DNA of 64,000 nucleotides from Alphaproteobacteria bacterium (GTDB lineage Bacteria; Pseudomonadota; Alphaproteobacteria; SP197): NCBI GenBank assembly GCA_965228895.1, contig OZ245842.1, positions 928,001 to 992,000 of the forward strand, read 5' to 3'. Shown piece by piece: positions 1 to 6,893 of this stretch (position 1 is its first letter; each line of letters starts with the position of its first letter). The notes under the pieces were generated by a model. It saw only the letters and a program-made list of their open reading frames with translations, ran no database searches and was not told where the DNA came from. The position numbers and the translations under genes were made by a program.

Positions 1-1
1 C

Positions 2-976
2 ATGATAAATGACGCGGCGGACGCAGTGCTTGCGGGCAAGTTCAAGCCGCCCTGGCGCCTTATCCTCATCGATGAGTTTCAAGACATTAGCCAGAGCCGC
101 GCGCGGCTTGTTAGAGCACTGCATGAACAGGATGGAGAAAGCCGTCTTTTTGTCGTTGGTGACGATTGGCAAGCAATCTATCGCTTTGCCGGCGCAGACA
201 TCGCTGTCATGCGCGAGTTCGAGAGTATTTTTGGAACCCAGGCAACTGTTGAGCTCAATGACACCTTTCGCTTTGGCAAGACACTAGCCGAGATCTCGGC
301 GAACTTTGTCAGAAAGAATCCAGTTCAGACTCAACGAACAATTCGATCATCGAAGGATGCAAGACCCGCAGTCGTGATCATTCAGCAGTCCCAGAAAGTT
401 CAAGACCCTCTATGGGCTGCTTTGAATGACATACATCGTCAGCTCGGTGGAGAAGAGGCCACGATCCTTGTTCTTGGTCGGTATCATCGTAGTCGGCCGA
501 CTGAGTTGGATTACTGGCGGGAACGGTTCCCACTGTTGGAGATCAGCTATCGCACAGTTCATGCGGCCAAGGGTCTTGAGGCCGACTTCGTGATCGTTGT
601 CGAAATGGTCAATGGTAAGTTTGGTTTCCCAAGTGAGATTCTGGACGACCCAGTGCTCGGTCTCGTTCTTTCGGCGGAAGATCGATATCCCAACGCAGAA
701 GAACGGAGACTGTTTTACGTCGCATTGACTCGTGCTCGGAGGACTGCATACGTGCTCACGGATGCAGATGAGTCGGTGTTCGTACACGAGCTAAAGATGG
801 CTGACGGTGTATGTGTACTCGAAGGAGATGGCCCGAATGGTAGAAACTGCCCATCCTGCAAGAAAGGAAATCTTGTCCCGCGGCAAGGCAAGTTCGGTTC
901 GTTTCTTGGATGTACGAACTACCCCTATTGCCGATTCACTACCGGCGAGATTAAACGACCTGCTGGCGGAACTTAA
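2..976 (+). CDS. UvrD/Rep superfamily 1 helicase (helicase IV/HelD-like) with C-terminal topoisomerase-type C4 zinc ribbon; 5' part lies outside the window
   Basis: SF1 motifs ILIDEFQD, VGDDWQAIYRFAGAD, TVHAAKGLEAD, EERRLFYVALTRAR; C-terminal CPSC...GKFGSFLGCTNYPYC zinc ribbon; no Walker A in the window, so partial. Confidence 0.88.
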   Translation: MINDAADAVLAGKFKPPWRLILIDEFQDISQSRARLVRALHEQDGESRLFVVGDDWQAIYRFAGADIAVMREFESIFGTQATVELNDTFRFGKTLAEISANFVRKNPVQTQRTIRSSKDARPAVVIIQQSQKVQDPLWAALNDIHRQLGGEEATILVLGRYHRSRPTELDYWRERFPLLEISYRTVHAAKGLEADFVIVVEMVNGKFGFPSEILDDPVLGLVLSAEDRYPNAEERRLFYVALTRARRTAYVLTDADESVFVHELKMADGVCVLEGDGPNGRNCPSCKKGNLVPRQGKFGSFLGCTNYPYCRFTTGEIKRPAGGT

Positions 977-1266
977 CCGACGATCTATGCCGCCAAACGC
1001 TCTGACCTCATCGGTCGGTTGTCGCTGATGTAGTCTTGCCTAACTGCAGACTCATCGTTTGTAACTATAGACGATCCCAAATAAGCAAAGCGGGCGTAGG
1101 TGAGAAGGTGCATTTCGCCGTCGCCGAATTTGTTGTTGTTGAGACGCCGAGAAAGTCCGAAGGTAGTTGCTACTTTGGCTGCTGCCCATGCCAATGGCTG
1201 TAGTCGTTGCTGAGGTGGCTGTTCGCAAGAGAACAGTTAGACATAACGAATAGGCTCTCTTTGCCC

Positions 1267-2010
1267 ATGAAAGCGAGTACAATTGGCGAACTGAAAAAGA
1301 ATGGGAAGCCGGACAACAAATGTTCTGACTGCCTGTTCTTGGACATTGACATTGTTTCAAAGTCGAAAAAGAAGGCGGATTTGCTGGTCACGGCTTTTTT
1401 TAACTACGAGTGCGTTCAAGTTATTGGTGGGGAGTTGATATTTGGTTTGAAGGGGGGAGACCTCAGAATTTTAGGTGAAGGAGTAGAACTAAAAGAACAC
1501 ATCGTTCTCAGCGACTTTAGCTGGAAGGTTGATAAGCAGACGAGAACTGCGGTGAAGATGGGCAAGAAGGAAGCCAGCTCGGTTTCTGCTGGTGCCAAAG
1601 TGACCGGGTCGGGCCCAGGAGGCTCGGCCAACCTGTCCTCATCTTCAGAGGCATCAGAGGAGGCCGGACAAGAAGATCAGGCCAGCTACCAGGTTTGGCA
1701 GGCCACTGCATTGAATGGGGAAAATCCAGGTTGGAGATTCCTTATCAAAACAGGAGAACACTATCTGGACGGCAATATATCGAAACAGTCATTTGGGCGA
1801 CTAAAGGGTGACGAAAACGTATGCTCTTTGTTGGTGCGTTTCACGACCGAGCAGCGACACGTTTACGTTGATGTGACTGCGGGCGCTTTGTGGAACAGGG
1901 GAGATAGAGATATTCGAAGATTCAAAGTCGCAAACTTGTACCTGTGGCATCAGGTAATCAAGCCGTTGGTTGCTCCGTATGTTAGCCAGGTTCAGTTTGT
2001 GAGCAACTGA
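1267..2010 (+). CDS. Uncharacterised beta-rich protein, translationally coupled to the pentapeptide/EF-G fusion
   Basis: ORF track starts at TTG 1207; first in-frame ATG is 1267; stop TGA 2008-2010 is 1 nt before the next ATG; motifs FGLKGGDLRI and NPGWRF; Ser/Gly-rich alternating segment SSVSAGAKVTGSGPGGSANLSSS. Confidence 0.75.
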   Translation: MKASTIGELKKNGKPDNKCSDCLFLDIDIVSKSKKKADLLVTAFFNYECVQVIGGELIFGLKGGDLRILGEGVELKEHIVLSDFSWKVDKQTRTAVKMGKKEASSVSAGAKVTGSGPGGSANLSSSSEASEEAGQEDQASYQVWQATALNGENPGWRFLIKTGEHYLDGNISKQSFGRLKGDENVCSLLVRFTTEQRHVYVDVTAGALWNRGDRDIRRFKVANLYLWHQVIKPLVAPYVSQVQFVSN

Positions 2011-2011
2011 C

Positions 2012-3118
2012 ATGCCGGACGAGACTTCCAAAGATGTCCTCAACACGCTCAATCGGATCTACTCGGATCCAGTTGAGCGATTTCATGACCTTCTCGAGAT
2101 TGCCGGGCTTAATTTAGAGACAGATCTGGTTGGCTCGGATCTAAGTGAGATCGACTTTTCCCTGGAAGATTTGTCGAAAGCTGATTTCTCAAAGTGTGAC
2201 CTAAGCAAATGTAACTTCGCTGCAACGAGACTAGTCGGCGCCTTAATGTGTAGTGCGGATTTGGAATTCGCTGTGTTTCGTAATGCAGATCTGACATTGG
2301 CCAATTTTGATTCGGCCAATCTCAATGGTGCGGATTTTACGAACGCAAATCTAGCGGGAGCCAGTTTTCGTGATGTCGATCTTAGTGGCATCCATTTCGA
2401 TGAAGATGTCAGTGAGAAAGTAAAGTCAAGAGAGGCAACAAGCGCTGAAGCAGGTTCTGTGCATTCGCTGGAGGTCCCTTATCGCGAAACGATTAGTGAT
2501 GAGACCACAACTGAATCTGTTTTCAAGAAGCAGATGGGAGGCGCTGGACAGTTTGCTCGTGTAAAGGTCATCTTTGAACCCGGTCAGCCAGGCAGCGGTA
2601 TTGTCTTCAAGAGTGCGATCACGGGGGGAAGCATACCAAGGGAGTTTATTCCCTCCGTTGAGGCCGGAATTAGGAAGGCTGCTGTGGAAGGGCCCTTGGG
2701 ATTCCCTGCGGTTGACTTCGTGGCGACCCTTGTTGACGGACTGTCGCATGATGTTGATTCAAGCGCGCTCGCATTTGAGACAGCGGGCAGGATAGCATTT
2801 CGTGAAGGTGCAGGCAGCGCCAGACCTAGGCTGTTAGAGCCGATCATGCAACTTGACGTCTTAGCTCCAGCAGCGAACGAGAACGAGGTTGTTGCCGACA
2901 TCGAAAGCCGTCGCGGAAAGATTGAAGAGATCGGCACAAGTGGCAGGCTAGTGATGGTCAAGGCGAAAGTACCGCTCGCGAACATGACTGGCTATGAACA
3001 ATTCTTGAGATCGCTCACTGCAGAAGAAGCTTCGTTCCGTATGAGGTATGACTCTTACGAGTTCGTACCATCAAGGCTTCAGAACGACATCATTGCGGAC
3101 TCTGCGCAAAGTGCATAG
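2012..3118 (+). CDS. Pentapeptide-repeat protein fused to elongation factor G domains IV and V (no GTPase domain)
   Basis: aa ~38-129 are A(D/N)(L/F)xx pentapeptides (ADLEF AVFRN ADLTL ANFDS ANLNG ADFTN ANLAG ASFRD); from aa 154 EF-G signatures VPYRETI, KKQMGGAGQFA, GGSIPREFIPSVEAG, DGLSHDVDSSALAFE, LLEPIM, DIESRRG, VPLANMTGY. Confidence 0.88.
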   Translation: MPDETSKDVLNTLNRIYSDPVERFHDLLEIAGLNLETDLVGSDLSEIDFSLEDLSKADFSKCDLSKCNFAATRLVGALMCSADLEFAVFRNADLTLANFDSANLNGADFTNANLAGASFRDVDLSGIHFDEDVSEKVKSREATSAEAGSVHSLEVPYRETISDETTTESVFKKQMGGAGQFARVKVIFEPGQPGSGIVFKSAITGGSIPREFIPSVEAGIRKAAVEGPLGFPAVDFVATLVDGLSHDVDSSALAFETAGRIAFREGAGSARPRLLEPIMQLDVLAPAANENEVVADIESRRGKIEEIGTSGRLVMVKAKVPLANMTGYEQFLRSLTAEEASFRMRYDSYEFVPSRLQNDIIADSAQSA

Positions 3119-3424
3119 CGAGGCTGGTTTCTTGGTAGCACACTCGGCGAGTGGTTCGACCGTGCACAAATACGGCCACTCCGCTGTGTCCGCTGGCAAT
3201 GTCAAAGGGAATTGGCCTCCCAATCTTCAAGAGACGGCAATTCAGGGTGAATAAAGAATTCTCAGTCTCGCGTAGGTACAAGCTCCGAAGGCGATGAAGG
3301 CAAGGTCTGATGTCGAAGCGGCACATCCCACGAGTTTTGGTCGCGAGGACGAGTTTCATCGCCATAGAATTCCACGAAAGCTACGATACAAATTAAGACT
3401 GAAGAGCAAACCGAGTCACAAAGT

Positions 3425-3460
3425 TGATGCGCGGGCCAGATCGATGCCGCCCGCGCATCA
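3425..3460. terminator. GC-rich hairpin between convergent genes (possible terminator)
   Basis: 12-bp inverted repeat TGATGCGCGGGC / GCCCGCGCATCA just downstream of the minus-strand gene ending at 3497; no clear U-tract. Confidence 0.35.
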
Positions 3461-3496
3461 GGTCGGCTACGTCACCTTTGTTGACGGAACAATCAA

Positions 3497-4081
3497 TTAG
3501 TCATCGCCGGGCTTATCGGTCTCATCGTCTTCTGAGGAATCATCGTCATCACGATCGGCAAACACGGACTCCAAATACCTTGTCCAATCTTGGTCTTGGG
3601 AGCTGTACTGGCCCGGATAGTAGAAGTTCAGAACTCGTCTGAGCTCGTTGATTTCAGCGAGAACTGCCTCCGGGATTCTGTCAATGTTGCTGTTCTCGCC
3701 AAAATACTTCCCTACGAGCCCGTCATAGTGAGCAACAAGCTCGGCGATCGTCTTGTCTTGCTCTTTGATGCGATTGAGAAGATCCCGAGTTGCATAGACA
3801 CTGCCTGCCATGGCCTTCTCAAACTCCTTGAGGTGCAACGCCTCGTACCGAGTCAAATTGACTGTCTCACCGTTGACCTTCATTTCGACAAGTGTGTTGG
3901 CGAAGACACGGAGGTCGGCATCGGTGATGCCCATTTCTCGTCCGTTCACCTTAGGCTTTCCACGCCGGCCGGCCCGATTGGGACAGTGACCGGGTAGCCA
4001 GCGACCTCTCTCATCACGGCCTGTCTGACGGCCAGCCTGATCGTTCTTGTTGTCAACGTCATATGGATCACGGTCATCCAT
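3497..4081 (-). CDS. DUF5681-like protein (small-terminase-like, typical of methyltransferase-carrying integrative elements)
   Basis: Motif RDERGRWLPGHCPNRAGR, then VEMKVNGETVNLTRYEAL...KAMAGS; ATG at 4081 preceded by an AAGGA RBS (ORF track extends upstream). Confidence 0.65.
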   Translation of the reverse strand: MDDRDPYDVDNKNDQAGRQTGRDERGRWLPGHCPNRAGRRGKPKVNGREMGITDADLRVFANTLVEMKVNGETVNLTRYEALHLKEFEKAMAGSVYATRDLLNRIKEQDKTIAELVAHYDGLVGKYFGENSNIDRIPEAVLAEINELRRVLNFYYPGQYSSQDQDWTRYLESVFADRDDDDSSEDDETDKPGDD

Positions 4082-4169
4082 GTGATTGTCCTTTTCATGG
4101 TGTAGTGCCGATGCCCTGTTAGTTGGCTTGGGCAGGACGTTGGGCGATGCCATATCGGCACTTAACCTC

Positions 4170-5588
4170 TTATCGTCCTGACCCAACATCGGGCGAGCCG
4201 GCATCGGCCGCGGAGGGCTCGCCTGAGGTATTCGATTGGTCCATGATCTGGTCTTCGAGTTCCTCGAAGACATGGCCGGTTTCGACGCGAACGGCATACT
4301 TGCCCGTATAGGCCTGCCAACGCCGAATGATCGTGTCACAGTAGAGAGGATCGAGCTCGATCACTCGGGCACAGCGGCCCGTCTTTTCGGCGGCGATGAC
4401 GGTGGTGCCGGAACCGGCAAAGGGATCGAGGACGATCTGTTTGCGGTTTGAACAGTCCTTGATGGCGTCAGCGACCAAGGCAACCGGCTTGACCGTCGGG
4501 TGCATGGCCAATGTCTCGTCGCGATCGCGTCCGAAGCTGTTGACGCCGGCATACTCCCACACATTCGTGCGGTAGCGCCCGGTTTGGCCGAGCTCGAAGT
4601 TATTGATGTGAGGTTCTGTGCCGTTTTTGAACGCCAGCACCATCTCATGGCGTGAGCGATAGAACGTGCCCATGCCGCCATTACCTTTGACCCACACACA
4701 GACGTTCTTGAGATCGTCATAGACCGCTTTGCCGGCCGCCCAGGTCTCGGCCAGGTGGCGCCAATCCATAAACACAAAGTGAATGGAGCCGTCGACTGAA
4801 TAGGCCGCCAGATGGCCGAATACGCCCTCCAGAAAGGCCCGGAAGGCCTCAGACGACATTTCGCCTGCGGCCATGGCAAATTCGCGATGCTGGACTTTTC
4901 CGAGACCCGACACGTGCCCCTTGATCGGGACGTTGTACGGAGGGTCGGTGATGATGAGAGACGCCTTGGTATCGCCTAGCAGGCGCTCGTAGGATCCGGC
5001 ATCAGTTGAATCTCCGCACAGCAGCCGATGATGGCCGAGCTGCCAGAGGTCGCCGGACCGTGTTACCGCGATCCCGGCATTGGGGATCGCCGGAACCTCG
5101 TCCTCGGTGTTCTTCTCAGGCGCGTCGGCTTCTGCCGCACCGTCAAGAACCTTGTCCACTTCGGCCATGGCAAAGCCGGTCAGCTGGACCGAAAAGTCGC
5201 TTTCGATGAGGCCCTCGAACTCGATCGCGAGCATCTCGCGGTCCCATCCGGCCTCCTCGGCCAGGCGATTATCAGCCAGGATGTAGGCCCGCTTCTCGGT
5301 CTCGCTCAGGTGTTCAATGCGCAAGGTCGGCACGACCGTCCAACCAAGCAGCTTTGCCGCGGCCACCCTGCCGTGGCCCGCCATGATCTGGTTGTTCTCG
5401 TCGATCAGCACCGGGTTGACGAAGCCGAAGCGTTCGATCGAGGCGGCGATCTTCTTGATCTGCCGGCGCGAGTGGGTGCGGGCGTTGCGCGGATAGGGCT
5501 TGAGCGCCGCGATGGCGGCCACCACTGTGCCCTCGGGCCAGGTGGGCTGCAGGGGCACCGTGTCAGGCTTACGTTTGGCGATAGTCAT
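4170..5588 (-). CDS. ParB-like N-terminal domain plus N4/N6 site-specific DNA methyltransferase
   Basis: N-terminal LKPYPRNARTH...FGFVNPVLID...AGHGRV (ParB/Srx fold); DPPYN catalytic motif; HPTVKP; VLDPFAGSGTT SAM-binding motif. Confidence 0.92.
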   Translation of the reverse strand: MTIAKRKPDTVPLQPTWPEGTVVAAIAALKPYPRNARTHSRRQIKKIAASIERFGFVNPVLIDENNQIMAGHGRVAAAKLLGWTVVPTLRIEHLSETEKRAYILADNRLAEEAGWDREMLAIEFEGLIESDFSVQLTGFAMAEVDKVLDGAAEADAPEKNTEDEVPAIPNAGIAVTRSGDLWQLGHHRLLCGDSTDAGSYERLLGDTKASLIITDPPYNVPIKGHVSGLGKVQHREFAMAAGEMSSEAFRAFLEGVFGHLAAYSVDGSIHFVFMDWRHLAETWAAGKAVYDDLKNVCVWVKGNGGMGTFYRSRHEMVLAFKNGTEPHINNFELGQTGRYRTNVWEYAGVNSFGRDRDETLAMHPTVKPVALVADAIKDCSNRKQIVLDPFAGSGTTVIAAEKTGRCARVIELDPLYCDTIIRRWQAYTGKYAVRVETGHVFEELEDQIMDQSNTSGEPSAADAGSPDVGSGR

Positions 5589-5652
5589 CAATATGACCCC
5601 AATAGGGGTTGAATTTAGGCCGAAGGATGCAATACCAGATCATCATCGCCTC

Positions 5653-6357
5653 CTAGGCCTTGGGGCGGCCGCGATGGATGTCCGGCGCGGCTTCGAGAAA
5701 GGCCTCGACGGACTCGGCCAAAGCGGCGACCTCTATAACCGTCACCGCGCGGCGACGATTTGGCATGAGATCGTTGAGTTCTTCGCACAGTGCAGTGACA
5801 CCGTCACGGAAGATGGGTTCAAGGAACACCGGGCCTGTATGACGTTTACTTTGAGCAGGCGAGATGACCTCTTTCACTTCGACCTTTTGCAAGACAGCAA
5901 AGACCCGCTTGTCGGCAAAACGGCGACCTTTGTGCTGATAGAACGGCAGGTCAGGATAGCGATCGGCGGGATAGCGTTGGCGGCTGGTTAGCGACGGTGG
6001 GGCAACAAGCTTGGAATGTTGCACCTCCAGCTCAGACCGCAGGTAACGCAGCAAAAAGACGATCTCGGCCTGCTTGAAGCCAGCGTCCAGCAGATCGAGC
6101 GCAATGGCCAGGCAAAGGCCATCGACGGCGCTGTAGGCCGTTTCCAAGGTCTCTGGATCCGGATCCGGCGCAAAGGCATAGTCAGCATCTGACTGGGCTT
6201 CGACGTTGCTGACATCGAGATTGCGGTCAATTTCCAGTAGGCGCTTGATGCGCGTGCGAAAGACCTTGGGGACATCGTCGATGTCGACGCGGCTGCGGAT
6301 GAAGCTGCACCACAGCGCCCACTCGAGTTGTCCGCGACCATAGGTCTTTGCAACCAT
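5653..6357 (-). CDS. Hypothetical protein, possibly a MerR-like HTH DNA-binding protein of the element
   Basis: Co-oriented upstream of the methyltransferase; segment FRTRIKRLLEID...YSAVDGLCLAIALDLLDAGFKQAEIV resembles a MerR-type wHTH; start placed at ATG 6357. Confidence 0.55.
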   Translation of the reverse strand: MVAKTYGRGQLEWALWCSFIRSRVDIDDVPKVFRTRIKRLLEIDRNLDVSNVEAQSDADYAFAPDPDPETLETAYSAVDGLCLAIALDLLDAGFKQAEIVFLLRYLRSELEVQHSKLVAPPSLTSRQRYPADRYPDLPFYQHKGRRFADKRVFAVLQKVEVKEVISPAQSKRHTGPVFLEPIFRDGVTALCEELNDLMPNRRRAVTVIEVAALAESVEAFLEAAPDIHRGRPKA

Positions 6358-6517
6358 CACACAGGCCACAAATAATTCAGTCCTAATAAGGGTTGAAATA
6401 ACACAACCTGTCGAGGCGGGCAAGGTCTGAGACGTGGAAAAAGGATTAGGCCTATCTCCGCGCTGGCCATCTGACCTCGGTAGTCCGACCGTTGGCGAAG
6501 TCCGTTGAGGGCACGCT

Positions 6518-6614
6518 AAGAACACGGCCCTGATAGCGTCGTGTTGGACCTGTGTTTAGCGCCTGTTAGGTCCCTGATTTGCTCGTGTTTTGCACGTGTT
6601 TGGACCGTGTTCTT
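6518..6614. repeat. Array of eight degenerate units at exact 11-bp period, bracketed by a 10-bp inverted repeat
   Basis: TGWT cores start at 6531, 6542, 6553, 6564, 6575, 6586, 6597 and 6608; AAGAACACGG (6518-6527) and CCGTGTTCTT (6605-6614) are perfect inverted copies. Confidence 0.8.
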
Positions 6615-6749
6615 TTTTGCATGCCGATACCGCCGAATTGGCGCCAACGCGTTGAATTTGCTGCAAGGTGATCCCAGCTTTGTGGGATTTCTGAAGCAAA
6701 TTTTAGCCGGAAAAGGCAAAGAACACGTGATTTGCTGGAGTTTTGCGCG

Positions 6750-6783
6750 GAGACGGGTTCGCAGCAGACTGCCTGCACCGCCA
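6750..6783 (+). other. tRNA-3'-end-like sequence, candidate att site or element boundary
   Basis: GAGACGGGTTCGCAGCAGACTGCCTGCACCGCCA has a T-loop-like GGTTCG and ends in CCGCCA; no full cloverleaf; lies where island genes give way to metabolic genes. Confidence 0.45.
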
Positions 6784-6893
6784 GGGTTTCCTCAGCGAGC
6801 ATTCGGCCCGTGCGGATCCACGTTTAGGAAAAACCATCTGTCATTTGTGGCCGTTGCCAGCCGCACGCCCGGCGCGGTGCGGGCCAACTGGCG

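Larger units (their letters stand above)
1..6783. mobile_element. Right end of a putative integrative element or genomic island (phage/satellite-like remnant)
   Basis: More AT-rich than the rest by eye, especially 1-3500; carries a ParB-methyltransferase, DUF5681-like and HTH genes; ends in a phased repeat array and a tRNA-like 3' end. No integrase inside the window. Confidence 0.55.

Noticed and set aside
2123-2400. Qnr/MfpA quinolone-resistance protein
   Set aside because: The repeat tract is only about 90 aa and is part of a fusion; no Qnr-specific features are recognisable
2471-3118. Housekeeping fusA or a simple fusA pseudogene
   Set aside because: No GTPase or domains II-III, no str-operon neighbours, and the segment is fused in frame to a pentapeptide protein without stops or frameshifts
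4170-5588. Restriction-modification system
   Set aside because: No cognate endonuclease nearby; ParB-fused methyltransferases are typically orphan enzymes of phages and integrative elements
6700-6790. Intact tRNA gene
   Set aside because: Only a T-loop-like GGTTCG and a CCA end are present; no D arm, anticodon arm or acceptor pairing could be built
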